64,000 bases of DNA from a virus (IMGVR_UViG_3300017613_002264:1-64000); one strand, 5' to 3'; shown: positions 26,877 to 36,932, counted from the first letter of the stretch. Notes: generated from the sequence alone by a model not told the origin. Program-made: numbers and translations.

Positions 26877-29495
26877 TTACCATTCTTCCTTTTTATACCA
26901 TGATTGATCGATGCCTGTCATTTCTATTTCGCTTTTTAATGGCACGATGAGGAAATCATATCTTTCCCTTACCTTGTTTTCCATGTACTCGCACATGGCG
27001 TCTACTACTTCTATTTCTTCTTCAGGATGTATATTCCAAACTAACTCATCATGGATTTGAACAATGAGTCTACTTCTAAAGTATCGTTTCGAGTAGGCAT
27101 TTAGTTTTATGTATGACCATAGCAGGCAATGGAATGCAGTTGCCTGAATTGGAGTATTTACAATCATGTTAGGAGTGAGTAATCCTCTTCTTTGGTGGCC
27201 GAACATTGTCTCTATATACCCATGCTGTTGATAGAAGGCGATAGATCTTTGTTGCCATTCCCTTACCTCCGGAAACTTTTCCCAGAAGTTTTTCTCTACT
27301 CCTTTTACGTGGTTCTCAAATCCTTTGAAATCACTTTTACTTTGAATTACTCCTTCCTCAATGAGATGTCTCCATACAGGAATATCTTCGCCTGTTTTAA
27401 ATTCACTACATAAGTGCCAAAGGTTTCTGGCACATGTCACATAATACGAACCATAAAACTCGGGGAAGACAAATTGATTCTTAGTATAGAATCTTAAATC
27501 TTTTGTGATGGTCTCATCGGTGAGTACAAATATCTCTTCTGCTTGATCCCTATGCATATCGGTTGTCTCATCTTCTACATAGGCAATGAGGTTTTCATCT
27601 TTAGTGTAGCAAGCGATAATACGGACCTCCTGACTTCCATAATCGCCAAAGCCTAACCGGCAACCCAACTCAGGCTTGAATCCAGAGCGAGTAGACTTCT
27701 TGGCTTCTTCTTCTCTAGTAGGAACATTTTGTAAATTTGGATCACTGGAACTACTTCTATATGACCGAGGGATATGTAGATCAATGAAGGCATGTATATG
27801 GCCGTCTACAATTTCCTTCGTAATTTGATGCATGTAAGTACCCTTGGTTTTTTTCAACTTCTTCCACTCAACTAACTTCTTTGCAAAAACCACATTCAAT
27901 GACTCCAATACCTCGGCCGTCATTCTAGTATTGCCTTTCTCGGTTTTCTCAGTTAGCTTTACTCCCATTACATTTTTAAACAATTTGATTTGATCGTGAG
28001 ATGATCCAAGATTAATGTCTCGTTTATACTTCTTTTTGAATTTCTTCGCCCACTTGCTGTCCATCAATTTACCTTCTAACTTTTCAATCTTCTCACCTAG
28101 TGAGATATCCTCCTCAATGTAGTAGAGTTCATCGACCGGAAATCCCCTTAGTTGAGTATCCGAAAATGCAAGCAGGCCACGATGAGTCAAATCATATGCC
28201 CTTGATAGATCCTCACTGCGCTTGATTATACCGCGTTGCAAAAAGAAAAGGCTTCTGGTGATAGCGGAGTCAAGGCCACAATACATGAGTAATTCTTCAA
28301 GTGGAAACTCGCCCAATCTATTTCTACCAGTACCCGGCACTTCTTTCATGTATGGCTTTACTCTTTTATCGTAGCCCACAATACCGAAATGGATGTATGC
28401 TTGGAACTTCAAGCCAGTGTAGTCTTTCCTGTCATCGATTATATGAGACGCGTTCATGGTACACCACAACCAACTAACTACTCGTCTCATTTTAAAGGTT
28501 ACCCTACTCCATATATCCTCAAACTTTAAGTTTTGAGCCACCTTCTTTATATTGGGATGTTCGAGATATTCAACCACGTAAGATATTACTATTTCGTAGT
28601 CGTCATTATCCCAATGAGTATAATCAATAGGGAAGGAGAATGTCTCACGAGGAGTTGAAATACTCATACACCATATCTTTCTCATTGGATTGAAAGGCTT
28701 GACCGCAGATGTCTCATAATCGAAAGTAGAAATCACTTTTATTTTATCGGCCCTAGAGAAAAGATCATTGAAACATTTCTGCAGGGTGATCATGTCAGTT
28801 ACTATTTTTACTTTCTTCTTGAAGTTTATAAATTTAGGAGGCTCCAGATCCAACCATTCAACGGCTTTATCAAGGTCTCTATCAATCAACCCCTCTATAT
28901 TTTTATCATAGTAGACATACCCTCGCTTGGTTTTCTTTTTCGACCTGAGTAAAAAGGAGGGATGATACATAGGGACTATCCACGCCTTTGTCTTCTTATC
29001 TGGAATGCATAATCCTCGCCATCTTGAAATACTCAATCTGGAGAATCTTCCTAAGTAAAAAGACTCAATAGCAGATGCACCTACTAACCATATAAATTCT
29101 GGTCTGAGTTTTTTAATGAGGTTATCTACGTAATACTCTTTACAACACTTGATTTGTTTGCGCGTAGGTTTTTTATTCTTTACTGGCCTGCAATTGACGG
29201 CATTGATTTTCCAGAAGTCTCTTTCCAGATCCAGATCATGAGGTTCTAACTTCTCACGAAATAAACTTCCTGATGAACCAATGAATTGAGTGCCCGGGTC
29301 AAAGTATTGGTTCCCCTCATCTTCTTCTCGGCCGGGAGCCTCGCCAATGAGTAATACCTTTAGCCTTCCTTTGCCAGTGACCTTCATTTTAGGAGTCACG
29401 CAACCCTTCCACAATCCACATATCTCACAATGGGTTTTGGAAACACCTGAACCAGTAGGCTTCTTGACTTCCTTCTTAGAAAAGAATCCTTTCAT
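26877..29495 (-). CDS. polA: family A DNA polymerase with N-terminal family-4 uracil-DNA-glycosylase-like domain and 3'-5' exonuclease
   Basis: UDG-like: CEICGLW..C....GKG..KVLLIGEAPGREEDE.....G.SG.LF. ExoI: FDYETS. Polymerase: SSDPNLQNVP, FGDYGSQEVRIIA (motif A region) and VQIHDELV (motif C). Confidence 0.9.
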   Translation of the reverse strand: MKGFFSKKEVKKPTGSGVSKTHCEICGLWKGCVTPKMKVTGKGRLKVLLIGEAPGREEDEGNQYFDPGTQFIGSSGSLFREKLEPHDLDLERDFWKINAVNCRPVKNKKPTRKQIKCCKEYYVDNLIKKLRPEFIWLVGASAIESFYLGRFSRLSISRWRGLCIPDKKTKAWIVPMYHPSFLLRSKKKTKRGYVYYDKNIEGLIDRDLDKAVEWLDLEPPKFINFKKKVKIVTDMITLQKCFNDLFSRADKIKVISTFDYETSAVKPFNPMRKIWCMSISTPRETFSFPIDYTHWDNDDYEIVISYVVEYLEHPNIKKVAQNLKFEDIWSRVTFKMRRVVSWLWCTMNASHIIDDRKDYTGLKFQAYIHFGIVGYDKRVKPYMKEVPGTGRNRLGEFPLEELLMYCGLDSAITRSLFFLQRGIIKRSEDLSRAYDLTHRGLLAFSDTQLRGFPVDELYYIEEDISLGEKIEKLEGKLMDSKWAKKFKKKYKRDINLGSSHDQIKLFKNVMGVKLTEKTEKGNTRMTAEVLESLNVVFAKKLVEWKKLKKTKGTYMHQITKEIVDGHIHAFIDLHIPRSYRSSSSDPNLQNVPTREEEAKKSTRSGFKPELGCRLGFGDYGSQEVRIIACYTKDENLIAYVEDETTDMHRDQAEEIFVLTDETITKDLRFYTKNQFVFPEFYGSYYVTCARNLWHLCSEFKTGEDIPVWRHLIEEGVIQSKSDFKGFENHVKGVEKNFWEKFPEVREWQQRSIAFYQQHGYIETMFGHQRRGLLTPNMIVNTPIQATAFHCLLWSYIKLNAYSKRYFRSRLIVQIHDELVWNIHPEEEIEVVDAMCEYMENKVRERYDFLIVPLKSEIEMTGIDQSWYKKEEW

Positions 29496-30535
29496 TATTC
29501 ATCCTCATCATCTTGGTCATGTAGTAGAGCAATTAAATGAGTAAAGTTCTCGGTCTCGAACTTTGCTCGGTCTTCCCCTAATACCATCTTGTGAGCATCC
29601 CTTATTATATGCATGAGGAAGCCCGGGTTGATGGTAAAGGTAGGGACTCTTTTCTTCAAGGCTTTCCTCAATACTACATCCGAAGTCGCTTCTCCAATAT
29701 CAGGATCTTTGGTTAAGAAGTTGATGTTCTTCTTTTTCATTTTTACTTCCATCCAAGAAAAACCGTGCTCATCTTCTATCGCCATAGGAGCCACGTACCG
29801 TATGGCTTCTACAGTAGCCTTGATTGGAAAAGTAATAGTAGTAATTGGATCAAAGTCGAAATGCTCTTTATAATCAGGAAACTCAGCGGTGATAATACGA
29901 GCACAGAATTTCCTCTTCTTACTTTCATCCGTAAAATAAATCCATCTATCCTTGATACAGTACAGGCTCAAACCCTCATACATGATCAATTCCCTGATCG
30001 ATTTGGCCGGTATCAATACTTCTTCATCAATACCATGTTCCATAACATATTCGGAAATCCTCACTTCGTCGGTGGCGGCTACTACATCATCATTGATGGA
30101 GACACAAGACATCGCCGGTTCATTCATCTCTTTAGAAGCGGACGGGTAGCACATGTTCAGGGCTCGCATAAAATCAGGAGGAGTAGTTTTCCATTTCCTC
30201 TTCTTCTTTATACCCATTGACTTCACTGACTCCATGAGTTCAGGAACTTTTACTACATTGATTTTAGCAGTAGTGTTATCTGTCTTGATAACCAACTTTC
30301 CCGCATCCACAAACAAGTCGGCCTTACCCGACTTGGGGAGAACCGAGTAAAACTTTTTCGCAGGCAAGGCGCACTCAAGGTTTGTTCTATGCTTTATGAA
30401 TACACAGATCCTATCGTTATAAGACACAATACCATCGCCAGTAAAGATGATGTATTTATAAAACTCCTCGGTTCTAGCATCATCCAAAGGTCTCAATACT
30501 TTTGAAATCAAATTACTCAATTCTCCGCAATCCAT
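29495..30535 (-). CDS. putative sliding clamp (DnaN-like)
   Basis: 346 aa, immediately downstream of and coupled to the polymerase gene. Size and context fit a beta clamp, but there is no diagnostic motif. Confidence 0.4.
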   Translation of the reverse strand: MDCGELSNLISKVLRPLDDARTEEFYKYIIFTGDGIVSYNDRICVFIKHRTNLECALPAKKFYSVLPKSGKADLFVDAGKLVIKTDNTTAKINVVKVPELMESVKSMGIKKKRKWKTTPPDFMRALNMCYPSASKEMNEPAMSCVSINDDVVAATDEVRISEYVMEHGIDEEVLIPAKSIRELIMYEGLSLYCIKDRWIYFTDESKKRKFCARIITAEFPDYKEHFDFDPITTITFPIKATVEAIRYVAPMAIEDEHGFSWMEVKMKKKNINFLTKDPDIGEATSDVVLRKALKKRVPTFTINPGFLMHIIRDAHKMVLGEDRAKFETENFTHLIALLHDQDDEDE

Positions 30536-30620
30536 TATTTGTCCTCCTTTATTCTAAAATGAGTATGTATTATACCATTATCATCTACCCATACTATTAC
30601 TTCTAACAACATAATACCTC

Positions 30621-31730
30621 CTATGTTCTTTTACTCAATCCAAAGCCTATTTTTTTCACCATCGCCTTCTTTTCAGGATCCATATAATCGGCTCCAGTTA
30701 TTTCCGCTTCTACTCGGTTTTTTATAATACTCACATTTGATTTATATAACTCCAACCCTACCCAACGGCGGTGCAACCTTTCAGCCGCCACTGCAGTAGT
30801 ACCACTACCCATGAATACATCAAGTACTCGGCAAGGTTTTATCTTCTTGGTTTTGCAGGAGCATTGTTTCTCCCATCCAACTGTTTCTCTATACTGCGCC
30901 GGTTCCCCATCTGCAAGGTCTACTGATGAACGTAGTAGTCCAATACCTCGCTCTTCTTTTTTGATGCGAGGCTTCCTTTTTAATTTGATCCTTTTAATCT
31001 TTCGAGTATATGGAGTTCCGCACTTGGCACAACATCCATGCTCGGATGTACCGGCCTTGATGCATTGAATAGGCAACTCTATAGGGAAGGTGGCCCAGTG
31101 TTTAAGATTCTTTTCCTTCTTATTACCCATGAGCCAAACGTCTCGAGGAAATGTACCGCGGGGAGTGAGTATTGCAAACTGGTCGTAATAATACTTCTCA
31201 TTCTTAGTTAATAAAAAGATATGTTCATGTGAAGACATGGGCCTATTCCTTACTGAGTTAGGCATGAAAGACTTTTTGTGCCAGATGATATCGGCCCTTA
31301 AATACCATCCCGCTTGTCTCATTGCAAAGGCGGTCAACCAAGGGATACCGAGTAGATCCCTTTTCTTTACTCCCGGTGCTTTCCTCGGTTCCTTTATTCT
31401 CGATACTCCAGATGATTGTCTTTTTCCACCCGGGTCGAAGTCACTTCCAAACAAGCCCGAGTCATTGTAGCAGTCGCCAAGATTCAACCATATAGTACCA
31501 TCGTCCCTCAATACTCGTTTGACTTTGCTGAATAGCTTTACTAGGTTGGCGACATACTCATCGGGAGTTTCTTCTTGTCCTAACTCGCCTTTGGTTTCCT
31601 CATCATCTAGGTCGTATGATCTTAGTCTCCAATAGGGAGGAGAAGTAATAACGGTCTGGATTGATTTGGATTTTACTTTTCGGATTGACTTGAGACAATC
31701 TCCTCGGAAGATTTTGCCGTGGGTTTTCAT
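30621..31730 (-). CDS. DNA methyltransferase, beta-class N6A/N4C (N6_N4_Mtase-like)
   Basis: Motif IV (VITSPPYW) lies near the N-terminus and motif I (DVFMGSGTTAVAA) near the C-terminus. Confidence 0.85.
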   Translation of the reverse strand: MKTHGKIFRGDCLKSIRKVKSKSIQTVITSPPYWRLRSYDLDDEETKGELGQEETPDEYVANLVKLFSKVKRVLRDDGTIWLNLGDCYNDSGLFGSDFDPGGKRQSSGVSRIKEPRKAPGVKKRDLLGIPWLTAFAMRQAGWYLRADIIWHKKSFMPNSVRNRPMSSHEHIFLLTKNEKYYYDQFAILTPRGTFPRDVWLMGNKKEKNLKHWATFPIELPIQCIKAGTSEHGCCAKCGTPYTRKIKRIKLKRKPRIKKEERGIGLLRSSVDLADGEPAQYRETVGWEKQCSCKTKKIKPCRVLDVFMGSGTTAVAAERLHRRWVGLELYKSNVSIIKNRVEAEITGADYMDPEKKAMVKKIGFGLSKRT

Positions 31731-31763
31731 TATACCATCTCCTTTTCTGAGGTAGGAAACACC

Positions 31764-31798
31764 AAGGCCCGAGTCACTTTACTCATGACCCGGGCCTT
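31764..31798 (-). terminator. GC-rich hairpin between the acidic-protein gene and the methyltransferase gene
   Basis: AAGGCCCG ... CGGGCCTT forms an 8-bp stem. The U-run after it in the minus sense is poor (GGUGUUUCC). Confidence 0.25.
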
Positions 31799-31830
31799 AA
31801 TTACTCACATGAACGAATGGAGACAGGTGG

Positions 31831-32736
31831 TTATTTGGTCATGTACCATCCTGCTTTCGTGAAAGCCTTTCTTACGGCCTTGACCTGACCATCAGTAGCA
31901 CCGCTTTCTTGGGCGAAGGTAACAACCTTTTTAATGACCAGTTTCAATTTCTTTTTGTCCGACTTCTTCGCCGGCATTTTGTAGGCTTTACCTTTCTCAC
32001 CCTCAAACTTGATCCGGAACTTGTCACCATCAACGGCCGCCGACATTTTCTTTGTGGCAACCCTTGTGCGGGTTTTCGGTGAGGAGTCGGCCTGTCCGCC
32101 CTTGGTTTTCTTACCTTTTTTCTTGATGGTTTTTTTGCCTTTCTTTCCCTTGGCGGTTTTCTTGGCTTCGGCCGCTTTCTTTTTCTCAAGGGCCTTTTCG
32201 ATTTGCTTGCGGGCCTTTTTGACATTTTTCTTGAGAACTTTTTTGATAGCGATTTTGAGTTTGTTCTCTTTGATGAAGATATTGAGTTCTTTTGGAGTCA
32301 TATCATGGATGTCGTCTTCTTCATCCTCCTCCTCATCCTCATCTTCTTCCTCATCTTCTTCCTCATCTTCTTCCTCATCTTCATCATCATCGCCATCGTC
32401 GTCCTCATCATCCTCATCGTCTTCGTCGTCCTCATCATCTTCGTCGTCTTCGTCTTCGTCCTCATCTTCGTCCTCATCCTCATCAACTTCCTCATCCACA
32501 TCATCGTCCTCTTCTTCCTCATTTTCAGAGAGAGAATTGTAGAATTCAAATGCATCATCCGGAAGATCATCGGTGAGACCTTCATCATCCAACTTCTCGA
32601 CATTGGCGACGAATTGTTCGACCATTTTGCCTTTCTTCAACCCGACCAGTTTGATCTTTTTCTTCATCAAACCAGAGTCGTTAAGTGATTTACAGGCACC
32701 TTTGAGTTGGTTAAAATTGATTGCTGACAAATCCAT
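31831..32736 (-). CDS. hypothetical protein with ~70-aa D/E tract and Lys-rich C-terminal half
   Basis: 301-aa ORF with an acidic run encoded at about 32311-32520, followed by KKAAEAKKTAKGKKGKK... Confidence 0.5.
   Translation of the reverse strand: MDLSAINFNQLKGACKSLNDSGLMKKKIKLVGLKKGKMVEQFVANVEKLDDEGLTDDLPDDAFEFYNSLSENEEEEDDDVDEEVDEDEDEDEDEDEDDEDDEDDEDDEDDEDDDGDDDEDEEEDEEEDEEEDEDEEEDEEDDIHDMTPKELNIFIKENKLKIAIKKVLKKNVKKARKQIEKALEKKKAAEAKKTAKGKKGKKTIKKKGKKTKGGQADSSPKTRTRVATKKMSAAVDGDKFRIKFEGEKGKAYKMPAKKSDKKKLKLVIKKVVTFAQESGATDGQVKAVRKAFTKAGWYMTK
32311..32520 (-). repeat. Asp/Glu-coding low-complexity tract
   Basis: ~70 consecutive D/E codons in ORF 31831-32736 (approximate bounds). Confidence 0.85.
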
Positions 32737-32921
32737 GTTGAACCTCCTAATATAAAATGATTAATGGAACATAAAAAACAATGGCCTTTTCCATTGTTGC
32801 TTCTAATTCTATTATACCAGAATCTTTTGCCAAAGTGCGATTTAATCTTTATTTATTTTGGACTCCTTTGGCATAAGCAAGAAGTCTCCCAGACCCTTTA
32901 TTCATGGGCTTTTACGGGACT

Positions 32922-34523
32922 CTAGTGATTGTCAAAAGGAGTATTGTACATCCATTCAGAATCGAAAACTGGATTTCCTATACCAAGGGCTTGAAGGGTG
33001 ATTACCTCTTTTCGCGTAATCTCGAAGTGTCTATGGTTTATCATTCCATATCTCATATACCCATTTGCCCTTTCCCGGGGCGTTTGGTTTAATGTAAACA
33101 TGGCGTCGCAGTGGGCCAATTTCCTCACATCTTCCGAGACATTTGTTTCACTCAGGCTTTCAATTTCAAAAGACTTTCGATTTCCTTGAGTCGCAGTGAC
33201 TACGAGACAATTGAACTCTACCGACAAGTTTTTTAAGTATTTCCATATATGGTCAACCCTGCCCCGTTCAGATAAAGTTCTCATCTCATCGGGTTCTAGT
33301 TGGATCAAATCGGCGTAATCCAATACCAATATATCTGGAGTTTTCTTTTTCGTTTTGGTTACTTCAATCATGTCGTTTCTTATGTTGGCAAGGGTTCCGT
33401 CAAATGAGTAAGACTTGGTTGTCAGGTCTCCTCCTCCGTGGATCTTAAAGTTTTTCATATGAGTAGAAACAATACGAGGAGTCATCTTCTTTGTTTTTAA
33501 ATTGTAATACCAAACGGCGGGAATGAACTTGTCTCTTATTTTTTGCTTCTCATGATTGCGACAGGCGGTGCATGGTTTATATCTCATCCGTGGTTTGAAC
33601 TCAGGTAGTATTAACTCGCCTTCATCACTCACTCCTATAGCAAGTTTTACTGGGTTCGTTCTTCTATCAAGTCGGCATGAACCATCTTGGTTACTGAGAC
33701 AATCGAAACAAGGCACTTTCGTCATACCGCCCTCATCACTCGTTCCTGTCATCATTTTATACATTCTTCTTGCTTGTTCCCGCGGCGACATTTCCAATGA
33801 GGCTTTGAATACAAATAAGCCTTTCCATAGTCCCTGCAGGCCTATATGATCAAGGTTCCATGACTTTCCTCTTTTCATCGGGGCGAGTATTGCTATCAAC
33901 CACTTGCGTTTCAACATACCGAGTAGTTCACCAAGGTCTCCATCACATTGTAGTAGTTCCTCGGTTCTATCCTCATCGGACGAATACTCATTGATAATAG
34001 CCTTGTTCATGGAGTCATGCATATCATCTACTTTATCGAGTCCAGTGAGACTATAATACCCGCCCTCCATATATAACTCCGTAAGTTTTTTCGCCCTATC
34101 AAACTTACCCGCTTTTGTAAGTCTACTCACGTCCTCAAGCATTACTATAATACCACGTTCCTGAAAATACTTATCCGCCTTCTTCAATAGGTATTTGTAA
34201 TTGAATTTCTTGCGGTAGACATACTCATCGGAAAGGTTTGATAGGAAAGCTTCTACAAGTAGTTGAGTAGTTGCAGTTAGGGATTCTTTTTCTAGTTCAA
34301 ATATAGTCTCTATTCTTTTCCTTGGTGCTTTGCCTTCTGAATCGAAATACTCAATACACCACTTCGTTATTATTGAGGAGTGATCCATCGCAAACAGTCG
34401 TGGGTTCAAATGGTCTCTTATTTTCTCCAAGAATTTGTGAGAGGTAATTATACCAGTGAGTATAAGTTTTTCAATTGAACTATCTACTAGTACTCGTCTT
34501 AGTTTTTTTCTTCTCATTATCAA
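32922..34523 (-). CDS. DnaB/gp4-family replicative helicase-like ATPase
   Basis: ILAPMKRGKS (Walker A), DILVLDYADLI (Walker B) and VVTATQGNR. A Cys-rich insert (CFDC...C...CTAC) lies in the ATPase domain. Confidence 0.6.
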   Translation of the reverse strand: MIMRRKKLRRVLVDSSIEKLILTGIITSHKFLEKIRDHLNPRLFAMDHSSIITKWCIEYFDSEGKAPRKRIETIFELEKESLTATTQLLVEAFLSNLSDEYVYRKKFNYKYLLKKADKYFQERGIIVMLEDVSRLTKAGKFDRAKKLTELYMEGGYYSLTGLDKVDDMHDSMNKAIINEYSSDEDRTEELLQCDGDLGELLGMLKRKWLIAILAPMKRGKSWNLDHIGLQGLWKGLFVFKASLEMSPREQARRMYKMMTGTSDEGGMTKVPCFDCLSNQDGSCRLDRRTNPVKLAIGVSDEGELILPEFKPRMRYKPCTACRNHEKQKIRDKFIPAVWYYNLKTKKMTPRIVSTHMKNFKIHGGGDLTTKSYSFDGTLANIRNDMIEVTKTKKKTPDILVLDYADLIQLEPDEMRTLSERGRVDHIWKYLKNLSVEFNCLVVTATQGNRKSFEIESLSETNVSEDVRKLAHCDAMFTLNQTPRERANGYMRYGMINHRHFEITRKEVITLQALGIGNPVFDSEWMYNTPFDNH

Positions 34524-35613
34524 TCATCCTTTGTCTGTGGGTTTCTATGGTAGGGGCTTCTTCTCTATCCCAACTCCTTTCGAGTCGGATGAACATATGT
34601 CTCGTTTTCTTTACGGACCGTTGAGATAGTTTTTTACTAAAGTTTTCATAAAGGAAGGGCATCCTCAATATTTTAGTACTACTCATTCCGGCTTCGCGGA
34701 CGGTATTAACAAACACCTGAACGGGACTAACTCCTTTTTGTAGTTTGTATTTACTCACCGTGTTGGAGAATAATTTTGATGATCGCATTAACTCCGGTAT
34801 TGTGGCCTTAAAACCAGTTGCTAGCAGTACCTCCTTTCCAATTGTTTTCGCCAACTTCTCATTTCCTTGTGAGTATTTATAGACAAGGCCGGTATTACCG
34901 CACTCCTCAAACCATGAATCGTGGTTGAAAGTAAATCCTGTACGCTGTTTTGTTTCGGTAGTGAATGAGAAGAATTCGGCGAGGTTTACTACAAGGCCTG
35001 GAGGGTGGAAGGGTATGCGATGCTGTAGGTCTGTTTTTGTGAGAAGCCAAAAGTATTTATCAATACGAGTACAAATGTCTTTGCGTGAGTAGTTCTTCAA
35101 TGCTCTTCTCACTTGTAAATCTATCTTGCTATAAAGTCTCGTCCCGCCGTTATTGTGTACGGTCAAGGGTTTACCTTTGGAGTTCCAATGCTTAAGAATA
35201 TACTTAGTCCAACTTCTACTACTTCGTTTAAGTTTTTGTCTACGTTGAGCAGGAGATAACCTAGTGGCGGTTTCCGCCACTATCTTTTCCGAAGGAAAAG
35301 ATTTCTTCTTATTCTTTATACTAGTACTAGTACTCTTAGTGGTGACATTTTTTGAAATGATAAAATCGGCCATTGCTCCAGTATTTATATGGTAGTAATT
35401 CTTTCTTTTCCAACCGACAGTTGACCGTTGTACTATTAATATTTTAAGCATCTCTAATGTTTTTATTTGACGAATAACTGTTCTTCTATTCATCTTTACT
35501 TCTTTCGCTATCCTGTTTATTTGAAAGAAGAATTTTTTATTTCCAAACTTCTTGCGGAAATAGTTTTGTTTCTTTTTGAGATAAAATAATAAGGTGAGAG
35601 TTGATTTACTCAT
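34480..35613 (-). CDS. hypothetical protein with N-terminal wHTH-like segment
   Basis: INRIAKEVKMNRRTVIRQIKTLEMLKIL. The rest is unassigned. Confidence 0.4.
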   Translation of the reverse strand: MSKSTLTLLFYLKKKQNYFRKKFGNKKFFFQINRIAKEVKMNRRTVIRQIKTLEMLKILIVQRSTVGWKRKNYYHINTGAMADFIISKNVTTKSTSTSIKNKKKSFPSEKIVAETATRLSPAQRRQKLKRSSRSWTKYILKHWNSKGKPLTVHNNGGTRLYSKIDLQVRRALKNYSRKDICTRIDKYFWLLTKTDLQHRIPFHPPGLVVNLAEFFSFTTETKQRTGFTFNHDSWFEECGNTGLVYKYSQGNEKLAKTIGKEVLLATGFKATIPELMRSSKLFSNTVSKYKLQKGVSPVQVFVNTVREAGMSSTKILRMPFLYENFSKKLSQRSVKKTRHMFIRLERSWDREEAPTIETHRQRMIDNEKKKTKTSTSR

Positions 35614-35852
35614 TAATAAAAGACTCCTTCCTTTATATGACTCATATACTCATGATCGATTATTTTTTCTTTACGATATCTCCATATAGTGGTTCTTGAT
35701 ATATTTAAGTCGTGGATAGTTTGATTAATGGTAGGAGTAATTCCTTCCCTTTCCGCCATTAACATGTAAAGACAATAGTTCTCAATTTTGTCTAGTCCTT
35801 CTCCCATAAGGGGAAAACCGTCGTCTATATTTATATTTGGTTTATATGCCAT
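35613..35852 (-). CDS. small HTH DNA-binding protein
   Basis: TINQTIHDLNISRTTIWRYRKEK. Confidence 0.5.
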   Translation of the reverse strand: MAYKPNINIDDGFPLMGEGLDKIENYCLYMLMAEREGITPTINQTIHDLNISRTTIWRYRKEKIIDHEYMSHIKEGVFY

Positions 35853-35910
35853 GTTTCACCGATGTTTCATATAGGTGCAATTTTTATCTATCAAGAGTAT
35901 AAAACACAAA

Positions 35911-36019
35911 AACCCCTACAATCTTAACTTGATGGATAGGCGATATTACAAGACAACGCCGCTTATCTGGGGAAGAAGGCAAATACTCACCTGTCCACCA
36001 AGTTAAAACTATAGGGGTT
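35911..36019 (-). other. 25-bp long-stem hairpin in the leader of the HTH gene
   Basis: Arms at 35911-35935 (AACCCCTACAATCTTAACTTGATGG) and 35995-36019 (CCACCAAGTTAAAACTATAGGGGTT) with a 59-nt loop. All four mismatches are A-C/C-A on the + strand, which are G-U pairs in the minus-sense RNA. Confidence 0.6.
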
Positions 36020-36073
36020 ATTTACTCCCTATATGCGCTGCCTTGTATTCACCATTCCCCAATGATGTTATAT

Positions 36074-36102
36074 ATTATGAATGAATTTATTAATTATGTC
36101 AA
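36074..36102 (-). promoter_or_regulatory. sigma70-type promoter candidate (TTGACA-17 nt-CATAAT) reading leftward
   Basis: Reverse complement: TTGACA (36102-36097), a 17-nt spacer, then CATAAT (36079-36074). It lies in the 282-bp gap upstream of the HTH gene. Confidence 0.4.
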
Positions 36103-36134
36103 TGATTTTTATACTCAATAAATTCAACGAGTAG

Positions 36135-36932
36135 TTATTTTGTGAATCCAAAGAGGATTTTAATACTACCCTCGACCTGCACTTTTACTCCCAATGTCTT
36201 CTCAAGCCCTTGTTTCATAAGGTCATAAAGGTCATTGGAGATTTCTTCAGATTCTTCTGCGTCCTCATTGAGTATTTCAATTACTTTTTTCTCGGTCTCA
36301 AGATCCGGTTGGTTCTCAGGTTCTACAGGAGGCTCATCGTTAAGGAATGAGTATTTCTTCATCCAAGGATACTTCTCGGTCAATGTATCATATGTGACCT
36401 TTTTATTTCGGCGGTTTGCAAGGTCGTATATCTCATCCGTGGTCATGTCGTAGGCTTCTTCTACAAGACCCCATGAGTAGATTGGTTTTTTACCGGCCGC
36501 GATATTCTTACGAAGCATGAGTCTTTGTAATGGGCTACGATATAGACCAGTGAGTATTCCCGGGATACCCAAGTCTTTCTTGTGGGTATAAATATTGAGG
36601 TTATCGTCTTCTCTGATTATGTCGTTAATTTCTTTTGCTCGTATTCTTCTTCCTGTCAATAGTAATGCGATTGTCTTCTTTTTCAAATTCTTCGATTTCA
36701 TGTTGTTCCTCCAATATTCACGATTTATTTGGCGTCTAGGTAGTAGAGTAGTTATTGTACTACGTCCATTTTTTTTACCTACTTTAGTTCTTGGACTATA
36801 ATAACGACTCGGCTCCTTCTCCTTTTGGTGGAAGTCTTTGAGTGATTCCTTCTTTTTGATATCGTCATCTTTCTCAATGAGATATTCGGTCAAAGCCTTC
36901 CCACCGACCGTAATACCGTTTTGTGCATTCAT
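36135..36932 (-). CDS. hypothetical protein
   Basis: 265-aa ORF coupled to the primase gene. No named motif. Confidence 0.45.
   Translation of the reverse strand: MNAQNGITVGGKALTEYLIEKDDDIKKKESLKDFHQKEKEPSRYYSPRTKVGKKNGRSTITTLLPRRQINREYWRNNMKSKNLKKKTIALLLTGRRIRAKEINDIIREDDNLNIYTHKKDLGIPGILTGLYRSPLQRLMLRKNIAAGKKPIYSWGLVEEAYDMTTDEIYDLANRRNKKVTYDTLTEKYPWMKKYSFLNDEPPVEPENQPDLETEKKVIEILNEDAEESEEISNDLYDLMKQGLEKTLGVKVQVEGSIKILFGFTK

Noticed and set aside
32009-32542. Poly-Ser, poly-Leu/Ile or poly-His/Arg ORFs (also 24224-24554, 32203-32688, 32292-32603)
   Set aside because: These are mirror or alternative frames of the Asp/Glu-coding tracts. Such frames stay open automatically in GAY/GAR repeats.
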